Part shown: in pieces, positions 1-8,178 of the stretch
Numbering within the stretch: the stretch's first letter is position 1
How the letters are laid out: each line of letters starts with the position of its first letter
Source of the DNA: an uncultured Spirochaetaceae bacterium
Lineage (GTDB): Bacteria > Spirochaetota > Spirochaetia > Sphaerochaetales > Sphaerochaetaceae
DNA length: 24,000 bases
Reading direction: 5' to 3'
NCBI GenBank assembly: GCA_964616275.1
Contig: CAZTUL010000004.1
Location: 9,551-33,550 of the forward strand
Program-made: the position numbers and the translations under genes
Notes under the pieces: model-generated
The model's input: only the letters and a program-made list of their open reading frames with translations
Told to the model about the DNA's origin: nothing
Databases searched by the model: none

Positions 1-1104
1 GGCATGCATGAGAAGGAAGTTCTGCGGGTTATATTCCTGACCTACTTTACTTGCAACACGAGCTGCCATAGGAACAGCCGAAACACCAGCAGCACCAATC
101 AATGGATTAACCGGGTGCTTCTTATCCAGAGCATTCATGAGTTTGGCAATGAGGACACCAGTTGCTGTACCAAAACCAAAGGCAACCATTCCGAGCACCA
201 AGATTCCCAATGTATTCAAGTTGAGAAAGTATGCAGCTTCCATCTTTGAACCAACCGAAAGTCCAAGGAAAATCGTGACGGTATTCATGAGTGCATTCTG
301 CATAGTATCGCTCAACCGATTCGTTACTCCACACTCTTTGGCCAGATTGCCAAACATAAGAGCACCTACTAACGGTGTAGCCGAAGGAAGGAGAATAGCA
401 CATACAGTAAGAACGCTCACTGGAAATAAAATTTTCTCAACTTTTGAGACGGGGCGAAGCTGCTCCATCTTAATGAGACGTTCCTTTTTAGTCGTTAATA
501 ATCTCATAATGGGTGGCTGAATGATAGGAACCAAGGCCATGTATGAGTAGGCGGCCACCGCGATTGATCCCAGGAGATCAGGAGCGAGACGGCTCGTTAC
601 ATATATAGCAGTAGGTCCATCAGCACCGCCAATTATTCCAATTGAGGCAGCTGCATGGAGGTCAAAGGTAATTCCAGGAATGAAGGAGAGCACGAGAGCT
701 CCCAACAGTGCAAAGAAAATACCTACCTGTGCAGCAGCACCCAACAGTAAAGTCTTAGGATTTGCAATTAGCGGACCAAAGTCGGTCATTGCTCCTACAC
801 CCATAAAAATCAGGATGGGGAATAGGCCTGTCTCAATACCCATGTCGTACAAGAGTTTTATAAAACCAACTCCACCGGAACTACTGGATGGGTCTACACC
901 TGCAATGTATGCAAACGGAATGTTTGCCAGAATACAGCCAAACCCAATAGTCACCAGCAGCAGTGGTTCAAAACCCTTTGCAATTGCGAGGTACAACAAC
1001 ACAAATCCTACAAGAATCATGATAATGTTGCCCCAGCCTCCGGCAGAGAGGAACCCCACGAGTCCGGTCGTCTGCCATAATTGTGAAAAAGCTTGTCCAA
1101 TCAT
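1..1104 (-). CDS. oadB: Na+-translocating oxaloacetate decarboxylase, beta (membrane pump) subunit; C-terminus runs off the window
   Basis: Absent from the ORF track because no stop lies in the window. My own reverse-strand translation from the ATG at 1104 is open to position 1 (368 codons). It reads [63 protein letters not shown]...[25 protein letters not shown]...[18 protein letters not shown], a hydrophobic multi-TM protein with typical OadB/decarboxylase-beta family motifs. A GGGAG SD lies 7 nt upstream, 12 nt after the oadA stop. The + strand ORFs listed here (4..249, 137..520, 680..1156) are shadows. Confidence 0.88.
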   Translation of the reverse strand, partial: MIGQAFSQLWQTTGLVGFLSAGGWGNIIMILVGFVLLYLAIAKGFEPLLLVTIGFGCILANIPFAYIAGVDPSSSSGGVGFIKLLYDMGIETGLFPILIFMGVGAMTDFGPLIANPKTLLLGAAAQVGIFFALLGALVLSFIPGITFDLHAAASIGIIGGADGPTAIYVTSRLAPDLLGSIAVAAYSYMALVPIIQPPIMRLLTTKKERLIKMEQLRPVSKVEKILFPVSVLTVCAILLPSATPLVGALMFGNLAKECGVTNRLSDTMQNALMNTVTIFLGLSVGSKMEAAYFLNLNTLGILVLGMVAFGFGTATGVLIAKLMNALDKKHPVNPLIGAAGVSAVPMAARVASKVGQEYNPQNFLLMHA

Positions 1105-1116
1105 GTCAAAACTCCC

Positions 1117-3264
1117 TTACCCGATTATTGCGAGTACATCGTCTGCCATCAACTGATCACCCTGCTTAACCATAATCTTTGAAATGGTACCAGCTACAGG
1201 TGCGAAGATTTCATTTTCCATTTTCATTGCTTCCATAACGAGGATTAAACCGTTCTGATCAACTTGATCTCCCTCTTTTACATCAATACGAAGGACAAGA
1301 CCCGGCATGGGAGCCTTAACTTCAGTTCCTGCACCGGAAGAGGGTGCTGGAGCTGCCTGTGGAGCGGGTGCAGCGGCCGGTTGTGCCGGTGCAGGTGTTG
1401 GCGCTGCAACTGGAGCTGCAACAGTTTCTCCTCCAATGACAAGTAATACTTCATCTGCATTGAGCTGATCGCCCTGCTTTACCTTGATTTCTTTCACAGT
1501 TCCCGATACAGGTGCGAAGATTTCATTTTCCATCTTCATGGCTTCCATAACCATCAGCACATCATTTTCTTTTACCTTATCGCCAACACTGACGTTTGAT
1601 CGAAGAATGAGGCCTGGCATAGGAGCCTTTACCAATACATCCTCAGTAGAAGATGCAACAGGGGCTGAAGCGACGGGAGTCGCAACAGCAGCAGCTGGAG
1701 CTGAAATACCTTCCTTCACTGCAATGTTGTAGGCAACACCGTTGACCACAGCTTGTGAATCCTTGAGCTGTACAGCATATGTATTGTTGTTTACTGTTAC
1801 CGTGTAATCATTAACTGGATTTTTTGCAGGTGCTGCAGGAGCCGCTTCAGGCTTCTTCTCAGCACTCTTAAGTCGGACACCATTCACTTTCGCATTTCCT
1901 GTGAGATAAAGAATGCCCTTCTCTTTACAGGATGCAGCAATAAAGATATTTTCTTCGGTGGTTTCAAGATTTTCTGCCTTGAGCATTGCAATTGCAGCAT
2001 CTCGGCCTTTTTTGGGATCCTTGTCGTTAATATCAACGGCCTTCTCTTTGGTAGGCTCTAATTTTAACTGCTCCGAAGAGATTTTTATTACTTCTGGATC
2101 TGGTTCTACAGGAGTACTGCCAAAGTAGCCAAGTACCATTTTCCCATATCCTTCAGCAATTTTTTTCCAAGGACCAAACATTACGTTGTTAAAAGCCTGC
2201 TGGAAGTAGAACTGAGACACAGGAGTAACACTCGTTGCATACCCACCTTTCGCAACAACATCTGCCATTGCGTGAGTAATTTCTGCAAAACGATCCATAA
2301 GTCCGTTATCACGAAGCATTTGAGTATTCGCTGTAAGAGCCCCGCCGGGGAGAGGTGAGAATGGAATAATCGGGTTAACCATAGTAGCTTCAGGTGGAAG
2401 GAAGTAGTCACTCATACAATCTTGGAAGACACGTTCTGCCTCCATGACTTTGTCAATGTCTACATCCAGCGTGTAATCGGTACCACGAAGTGCATGCCAC
2501 ATGGTAATAACGTCGGGCTGACAGGTTCCTCCGGACACTGGAACAAGGGAGAGATCCACTTGGCTAGCACCAGCTTCAAGAGCACTTACATACTGTTGAA
2601 TACAAACCCCGGCAGTTTCGTGAGAGTGGAATACGATATTCATATCCTTGCCAAGCATTTTCCGTGCACGCTTGATAGTTTCATACACAACCTTCGGTGT
2701 ACTGGTACCTGAAGCATCTTTGAAACAGACAGAATCATAGGGGATTCCCGCATCGAGAATGTTCCTCAATGTCTGTTCATAGAAATCTGGATCATGTGCT
2801 CCAGTAGCACCGGGGGGCAATGCCATCATGGTTACACAAACTTCATGCCGTGCACCTGCTTCATGAATAGCACGTCCACTATCAATAAGGTTGTTTACAT
2901 CGTTTAATGCATCAAAGTTTCTGATAGTCGAGATACCATGCTTCTTGAACAGGTCAGCATGCATCTTGATGATATCTCGTGGCTGCGAATCGAGACCGAC
3001 TACGTTGATACCTCTGGAGAGGGTTTGTAGATCAGCATCTGGACCTGCAACACGACGGAAATCATCCATCATTTTAAATGCATCTTCATTGGTATAAAAG
3101 TAGAGTGACTGGAAACGTGCACCACCACCTGCTTCGAAGTGATTGATGCCTGCATCCCGTGCAGCTTCTACAGCTGGTAGGAAATCTTTGGTGAATACTC
3201 TGGCTCCATAGACCGATTGGAATCCGTCTCTGAAAGCCGTACACATGAAATTTACCTTTTTCAT
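1117..3264 (-). CDS. oadA: Oxaloacetate decarboxylase alpha subunit (pyruvate/oxaloacetate carboxyltransferase, HMGL-like TIM barrel) with two C-terminal biotinyl-carrier domains
   Basis: 715 aa. The N-terminus has FRDGFQS, CFKDASG (carbamylated-Lys position) and FHSHETAG metal-site motifs of the carboxyltransferase domain. The C-terminus has two EAMKMENEIFAPV(S/A)G biotinylation motifs separated by Pro/Ala linkers. An AAGGAG SD lies 5 nt upstream of the ATG. The gene is flanked by oadG and oadB. Confidence 0.9.
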   Translation of the reverse strand: MKKVNFMCTAFRDGFQSVYGARVFTKDFLPAVEAARDAGINHFEAGGGARFQSLYFYTNEDAFKMMDDFRRVAGPDADLQTLSRGINVVGLDSQPRDIIKMHADLFKKHGISTIRNFDALNDVNNLIDSGRAIHEAGARHEVCVTMMALPPGATGAHDPDFYEQTLRNILDAGIPYDSVCFKDASGTSTPKVVYETIKRARKMLGKDMNIVFHSHETAGVCIQQYVSALEAGASQVDLSLVPVSGGTCQPDVITMWHALRGTDYTLDVDIDKVMEAERVFQDCMSDYFLPPEATMVNPIIPFSPLPGGALTANTQMLRDNGLMDRFAEITHAMADVVAKGGYATSVTPVSQFYFQQAFNNVMFGPWKKIAEGYGKMVLGYFGSTPVEPDPEVIKISSEQLKLEPTKEKAVDINDKDPKKGRDAAIAMLKAENLETTEENIFIAASCKEKGILYLTGNAKVNGVRLKSAEKKPEAAPAAPAKNPVNDYTVTVNNNTYAVQLKDSQAVVNGVAYNIAVKEGISAPAAAVATPVASAPVASSTEDVLVKAPMPGLILRSNVSVGDKVKENDVLMVMEAMKMENEIFAPVSGTVKEIKVKQGDQLNADEVLLVIGGETVAAPVAAPTPAPAQPAAAPAPQAAPAPSSGAGTEVKAPMPGLVLRIDVKEGDQVDQNGLILVMEAMKMENEIFAPVAGTISKIMVKQGDQLMADDVLAIIG
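1120..1323 (-). repeat. Biotinyl-carrier domain copy 2 (aa ~648-715 of OadA; biotin Lys codon 1222-1224)
   Basis: EVKAPMPGLVLRIDVKEGDQV...VMEAMKMENEIFAPVAGTISKIMVKQGDQLMADDVLAIIG. It lies exactly 312 nt (104 codons) from copy 1. The 45-nt core 1195-1239 matches 1507-1551 with 2 mismatches. Confidence 0.85.
1429..1638 (-). repeat. Biotinyl-carrier domain copy 1 (aa ~543-612 of OadA; biotin Lys codon 1534-1536)
   Basis: VLVKAPMPGLILRSNVSVGDKV...VMEAMKMENEIFAPVSGTVKEIKVKQGDQLNADEVLLVIGG, followed by the linker ETVAAPVAAPTPAPAQPAAAPAPQAAPAPSSGAG. Confidence 0.85.
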
Positions 3265-3284
3265 AGGAACTCCTTGGATGTGTG

Positions 3285-3557
3285 TTAGCGCTTCGACTGC
3301 GCGACAGCTGCGGCTATTGCCGCGGCGATCTCTGCTCCCGCAGTGTTAGCGACGGGGGAACCAGAGGCGGAAACGGGACGTTTCGCAACTGTTGAAATTT
3401 TTTCTGGTATGAACTTCTTTACGAAAGCAGAGAGACCTTTGGTCGTGAATACCAGCAATGTGAGGAATAGAAATACTACCCCCATCCCCAGTACCAGCAG
3501 TATGAGACCATTGTTCACTTGCTCGACAAGAAGTTCTTTCGGCAATTGGTGTAGCAT
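3285..3557 (-). CDS. oadG: Oxaloacetate decarboxylase gamma subunit (OadG family, single N-terminal TM helix)
   Basis: The track ORF is 3285..3617. I prefer the internal ATG at 3557 (MLHQLPKELLVEQVNNGLILLVLGMGVVFLFLTLLVF...), which has a perfect AAGGAG 8 nt upstream. The predicted promoter would start transcription at about 3614, at the ATG of 3617 itself, which argues against that start. One TM helix plus an Ala-rich tail, encoded directly upstream of oadA, is typical OadG. Confidence 0.75.
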   Translation of the reverse strand: MLHQLPKELLVEQVNNGLILLVLGMGVVFLFLTLLVFTTKGLSAFVKKFIPEKISTVAKRPVSASGSPVANTAGAEIAAAIAAAVAQSKR

Positions 3558-3620
3558 GTGCTGTGCTCCTTGAATTATATTGTCGACACCGATAGTAACC
3601 GGTGTAAAAGAATTCAATCT

Positions 3621-3649
3621 ACTATAGCTGGAAAGCGTATGTCTTTCAA
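3621..3649 (-). promoter_or_regulatory. Candidate sigma70 promoter of oadGAB: TTGAAA-17 nt-TATAGT
   Basis: Reverse strand reads TTGAAAgacatacgctttccagcTATAGT (-35 at 3649-3644, -10 at 3626-3621). A 6-bp hairpin (3586-3605, ACACCG..CGGTGT) lies in the resulting ~57-nt leader. Confidence 0.45.
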
Positions 3650-3794
3650 GGCATAAGTTTTATATTTGCCGTACTCCATGAGATGACAAACCGATAATTA
3701 GCGTCATGATTCTAAAAATTTAAGGGTAATAACTCAGTATTTTCTGGACCTCGACAGTCAGCTCTGGATATACTGGAAAAAGGAGTAGAAATTC

Positions 3795-4379
3795 ATGGAT
3801 GACATAGGACGATTAACTTGGCAGACTTTAGAGCGGGATACCATTTTCACTGGCCCCATTTTCGATATTCAAAGTGTTCGGAGAGCTTCAACCGATGGTA
3901 GAGTAGGAGAGTTTGTTGAATTAAACGCACCACTTTGGGCCACCGTGATACCCTGGTTTCGAAATGAACAGGGAGTTCCCATGTTTATAATGGTACGACA
4001 GTATCGTCATGGAAGTGATTCCGTAACAATAGAGTTCCCGGCAGGAACAATTGATGCTGGAGAGGATCCTGAAACTGCAGCCAAAAGAGAACTGCTGGAA
4101 GAGACAGGATGTGAACCGGTTGGGAATATGTACGAAATTGGTTCCATATCACCGAACCCGGCTTTCATGAATAATCGAGTTTGGTTTTATTTCGTTGAGG
4201 GCGTCAGAAACGTGGGTGAACAACATCTTGATGAACATGAGCAGCTTGATATACTTACAGTGCCGGTAAAAGAAGTGCTGGCTTCCATGGGTACCGGGCA
4301 GTACGATAACGGTATCATGATGATTGCACAGGCTTTTTTTCTGAGATTTGCTCAAAACCGACCGGATTTACTTTCATAG
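3795..4379 (+). CDS. Nudix hydrolase (ADP-ribose pyrophosphatase-like)
   Basis: Complete Nudix box GTIDAGEDPETAAKRELLEETGCE (GX5EX7REUXEEXGU). AGGAG SD upstream of the ATG. Confidence 0.85.
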   Translation: MDDIGRLTWQTLERDTIFTGPIFDIQSVRRASTDGRVGEFVELNAPLWATVIPWFRNEQGVPMFIMVRQYRHGSDSVTIEFPAGTIDAGEDPETAAKRELLEETGCEPVGNMYEIGSISPNPAFMNNRVWFYFVEGVRNVGEQHLDEHEQLDILTVPVKEVLASMGTGQYDNGIMMIAQAFFLRFAQNRPDLLS

Positions 4380-4388
4380 GAGACGATC

Positions 4389-5114
4389 ATGAGAAAAACA
4401 ATTTTTATACTGATTATTGCAAGTTTAGTGTTCTTCGGAGGGTGTACAGGCACCTCATTAATTGAACAAAGCAGAACAATAGCTGTTCAGGGGACTGGAA
4501 GAGTAACAGCTGCTCCCGATATCGCCTCACTTTCTATTACTGTTTCTGAACTAGCTGAAACCACGAGTGAAGCACAGCAACTCACCAACAGGAAAGTTGC
4601 AGTATTGCTCGAGATGATTCGTGAGGCAGGAGTTGCCGATTCTGATATACGGACAACTGCACTGAGCTTCTCTCCAGAATATACATGGAAAGAGAATGAG
4701 CGAATCCTTGTAGGACAACGTGTGCAGCAATCGTTATATGTCATCATACGGGGAATTGATGGAAAATCTACTACGCTTCCCCATCTCATGGATAGTTTTG
4801 GAACAGTTTCCGGTATCACCATGGGGGCTGTCCAATTCAGTAAAGATGATACGACTGTTGAATATGAGGCAAGTAGAAAACTCGCTATGGAAAAAGCTAT
4901 CCAGAAAGCATCCGACTATGCTCTTGCCGCTGGAATGCAACTTGGCAAGCCGCTCACAGTCTCAGATTATTCTTCAAACGATTATCAGCCGCTGAATAGG
5001 AGTTCTGCTATGAAGGCGGATGTCATGATGATGGAGAGTGCAGTTTCTACAGAACTTCCCTCTGGAGAAATAACGATTTCCAGTAGCGTATCGGTGGTAT
5101 TTGAACTTCAATAG
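4389..5114 (+). CDS. SIMPL/DUF541 (BP26/YggE-like) periplasmic protein, probable lipoprotein
   Basis: Signal peptide MRKTIFILIIASLVFFGGC with a Cys lipobox-like end. The core RTIAVQGTGRVTAAPDIASLSITVSE...TSEAQ is the characteristic SIMPL start. An AGGAGA SD lies 9 nt after the Nudix stop, so the two genes are probably co-transcribed. Confidence 0.72.
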   Translation: MRKTIFILIIASLVFFGGCTGTSLIEQSRTIAVQGTGRVTAAPDIASLSITVSELAETTSEAQQLTNRKVAVLLEMIREAGVADSDIRTTALSFSPEYTWKENERILVGQRVQQSLYVIIRGIDGKSTTLPHLMDSFGTVSGITMGAVQFSKDDTTVEYEASRKLAMEKAIQKASDYALAAGMQLGKPLTVSDYSSNDYQPLNRSSAMKADVMMMESAVSTELPSGEITISSSVSVVFELQ

Positions 5115-5123
5115 AAGGTAGTA

Positions 5124-5630
5124 CTACATACAGTGTGGGTCAGTGTCGAATAATGCGAGCTCGGATTCGCGAGAGATGTACATAGTTACGTGGCGAATTC
5201 CTGCCTCAATAGTATGCTCGTCTTTTTCTATGAATCCAAGTGTTGCATAGAATGAGGCCGCATGTTCCTGGGCATGTATATAGATAGGTTCTTCCAGCTG
5301 ATTCATGCGTACAGACCGAATGCCCTCACGAATAAGGATTTTACCTAGATGTTTCCCTCTATACGCTGGGAGAATGGCTATTCGTTCCAGTTTTACACCC
5401 TCATCGGTCTTGCGATAACGAAGCGTTCCAACAGGATTGCCTTTACTCCAGAGCAGGATGTGACCACTCTCATTATCTTTTCCATCTTGCTCGATGTCTC
5501 GAGGAACTCCTTGTTCTTCAATGAATACACTCTCTCGAATTGCAATGCAATCAATGAGGGATTGTAAATCGTACGGTTTTCGTTGGATTCCAAGAGGAAT
5601 GACTATTACGTGACAATCAGATGAGTCCAT
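5124..5630 (-). CDS. GNAT family N-acetyltransferase (YjcF/ElaA-like)
   Basis: 168 aa. Acetyl-CoA motif A is ILPAYRGKHLGKILIREGI. The FIEEQGVP segment is typical of this small GNAT subgroup. Confidence 0.8.
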   Translation of the reverse strand: MDSSDCHVIVIPLGIQRKPYDLQSLIDCIAIRESVFIEEQGVPRDIEQDGKDNESGHILLWSKGNPVGTLRYRKTDEGVKLERIAILPAYRGKHLGKILIREGIRSVRMNQLEEPIYIHAQEHAASFYATLGFIEKDEHTIEAGIRHVTMYISRESELALFDTDPHCM

Positions 5631-5673
5631 AGATTCACTATATCTCTGGGTATAAGGAGAATCAATAGCCTTA

Positions 5674-8025
5674 CTATTCCTTTAATGCCTTTATATGATA
5701 GATTCTCGAGCCAAAATCACCAAGTACTCGGGTCTCTTTGTCGTATCCTGTTCCCCCGAATTGCTGGTTTAAAACGATTCCATGATAGGCAAGGATATCC
5801 CCGCCTACAATATAGTATTCGATTTCACTTTCGAGATGGACCGTCTCCTCCACAATTCTCTGAAGCGTGCCATCATTCTTAATTCGAACAGGACTAAGCA
5901 TATTTACCAATGATCCGAATGTTCGAATATCTACAGATTCTTGTCGCGGAGTCACAGCATAAGTCAAATCGGGGTCTGCTATGGGAATCCTTAGCAAATC
6001 AGCGGGTGGATTAGCTCTGTTGAGTGTTTGAAAAAAGAGTACCAGCATTTCAGTTCGATCGGGGCTTGAAACTACCCAGATAGACTGTTCATGCTTTGCG
6101 ATAGGTTTGATTCTAAAAAAATCACCATACTGAAGCAACGAACGGTGTGTTTTATAGAATGCAATTTGATTTTTAATAATTTGTTGTTCTTGGACGCCGA
6201 GTTGTGTAATATCCATTTCATACCCTAAAACACCAAAAGCAGCGACATTAAATCTCGATTCAAGATGGGTAGTACGAAGAGTTTGGTGATTAGGAGACTC
6301 GGAAACATGGGCTCCGATTGCCGAAAGAGGGTACCCGCAAGCGGTTCCCTCCTGGATGTGCATACGAGATAACGCATCGGTGTTATCACTGGCCCATCCT
6401 TGCGGCATATAACAGAGCATACCAAGGTCGAAGCGATTACCTCCGGAGGCACTCGACTCAAACAGCATTTGAGGAAACGCCTCAATAAAACGCTCAATAA
6501 GTTCGTATAGACCAAGCATGTACCGGTGGTTGAATTCATCCTGACGGAAATGATCTTGGCCACTGTACATATCGCTAAACATGCGGTTCATATCCCACTT
6601 TACATAATCTACATTCCCCAGTCTCCAAATAGTTGAAAGAGCCTCAAAAAGGTAGTCTCGTACCTCTTTTCGGGTGAGATCCAGCAGATACTGGTTTCTT
6701 CCCGGTGAAGGATTTCTTTCAGGGAGTGCTACCATCCAGTCGGGATGTTCTCTATACAGCTGGCTTTTACGGTTTATCATCTCAGGTTCACACCAGAGGC
6801 CAAACAGCAATCCCATACCATGAATCCTTTTTGACAGGCTGGCTAGACCGTTCGGCAATTTCTTCGTATTAACTGTCCAATCACCTAAACTTGTTGTGTC
6901 ATCCTCTCTGCTGCCAAACCACCCATCATCAAGTACGAATAATTCAATACCAAGATCAGCAGCACTTTTTGCAATTTCCAATACTGTCTTTTCCGTAAAG
7001 TTGTAGTAAGTCGCTTCCCAGTTATTTATAAGAATGGGTCTCTGATGATACTTCCAGCTCCCTCTTACTATATTCCCATTTATGAAGCGATGGAAATTCT
7101 TGCTTGCCCCATTTATCCCTTCATGTGAGAACGTTAAGACAGCTTCAGGTGTATGAAATTTTTCTCCCGCACGAAGTTGCCATCTAAACGTAGCAGGGTT
7201 AAGGCCGCTCAGGACTCGAATTTTTTCATATGGGGTCACTTCTATGCTTTCTGCATGATCACCACTATAAACGAGATTACACCCTATACAATCGCCCTGG
7301 CTCTCCTGTGTTCCCGATGCGGTCAAGAATATGCAGGGGTTATGACGAGAAGAACTCACACCAGCTTTCGAATCATTTAGATGAATTCCAGGTCGAAGCG
7401 TTTGACTCGTTCTATACCGTTCACGTGCCCAAGCACCGTCGAACGTAATTAGATCATAATCGCAGGTGGGTAGGTCGAGTTGCATACTGGCAAAGCGTTC
7501 GATAGTAATGGACTCACCCGATTCGTTTGTGATTGCACTTTTCCTCACAATCACATCTGCGTGGTCGAAGGTGGTATAATATAGTTCAAGCCTCAATGAG
7601 GAACTTCGCTCAAGGAGAACTATGATGAGAGTAGTACATTGATTTTTATCACCATAGGATTCAGGTAGTCCAGAGAATGATCTTGGCTTACCCTTAATAA
7701 TTCGATGTTCTTTAAATATAAAATCAGATACGCGGCTACCATCAAGCCTGCTGAAAACTATTGCAGGTTCTCTAAAGTCACCCTTTCCAAAAGTTGAGAA
7801 TTCAAGGCATAGGTTATCAAGGTTGACCGTAGGATGCTCCTCATCATAAGCAATGGAAGTTCCTGTAGGAATGGTATGTTTGTCGTAGAGTGGCTCAATA
7901 TGGTTTGTGGTACGGATTCTTCTTCCGTAGTAGAGGTGTTCGAGGTGATGAGTTTCGTTGACCCTGAACATATAGGTTGTCCACATGGTATGTAGGGTGA
8001 AAACTAGATCTCGTTCATGTATCAT
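5674..8025 (-). CDS. Alpha-galactosidase, glycoside hydrolase family 36
   Basis: 783 aa with GH36 signature blocks FVLDDGWF, FGLWCEPEM, YVKWDMNR (nucleophile Asp region) and SSASGGNRFD (acid/base region). AGGAG SD upstream. Confidence 0.9.
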   Translation of the reverse strand: MIHERDLVFTLHTMWTTYMFRVNETHHLEHLYYGRRIRTTNHIEPLYDKHTIPTGTSIAYDEEHPTVNLDNLCLEFSTFGKGDFREPAIVFSRLDGSRVSDFIFKEHRIIKGKPRSFSGLPESYGDKNQCTTLIIVLLERSSSLRLELYYTTFDHADVIVRKSAITNESGESITIERFASMQLDLPTCDYDLITFDGAWARERYRTSQTLRPGIHLNDSKAGVSSSRHNPCIFLTASGTQESQGDCIGCNLVYSGDHAESIEVTPYEKIRVLSGLNPATFRWQLRAGEKFHTPEAVLTFSHEGINGASKNFHRFINGNIVRGSWKYHQRPILINNWEATYYNFTEKTVLEIAKSAADLGIELFVLDDGWFGSREDDTTSLGDWTVNTKKLPNGLASLSKRIHGMGLLFGLWCEPEMINRKSQLYREHPDWMVALPERNPSPGRNQYLLDLTRKEVRDYLFEALSTIWRLGNVDYVKWDMNRMFSDMYSGQDHFRQDEFNHRYMLGLYELIERFIEAFPQMLFESSASGGNRFDLGMLCYMPQGWASDNTDALSRMHIQEGTACGYPLSAIGAHVSESPNHQTLRTTHLESRFNVAAFGVLGYEMDITQLGVQEQQIIKNQIAFYKTHRSLLQYGDFFRIKPIAKHEQSIWVVSSPDRTEMLVLFFQTLNRANPPADLLRIPIADPDLTYAVTPRQESVDIRTFGSLVNMLSPVRIKNDGTLQRIVEETVHLESEIEYYIVGGDILAYHGIVLNQQFGGTGYDKETRVLGDFGSRIYHIKALKE

Positions 8026-8178
8026 CGCAATCTCCTAGCAACCGACAGTTGTGCGTGAATTTTTTCCATGGTAGTATCATGTTGCTTTACAGTATAGCCT
8101 GCTCTGTTTGTTTTTTCATCCATCAGTTGGAAAAATCGAAAAACAGTGACTAGGTTGCAGTTGTGAGGAGGTCGTCGT

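Noticed and set aside
4-1156. + strand ORFs 4..249, 137..520 and 680..1156 from the track
   Set aside because: They are antisense shadows of oadB. The reverse strand is open across the whole interval and translates to a clear decarboxylase beta-subunit sequence. The + strand products are low-complexity and have no SD.
1324-1428. Pro/Ala-rich repetitive DNA (GCnCCn runs) that looks like a microsatellite or low-complexity repeat
   Set aside because: It is in frame within oadA and encodes the flexible PA-rich linker typical of biotinyl and lipoyl swinging arms. It is not an independent repeat element.
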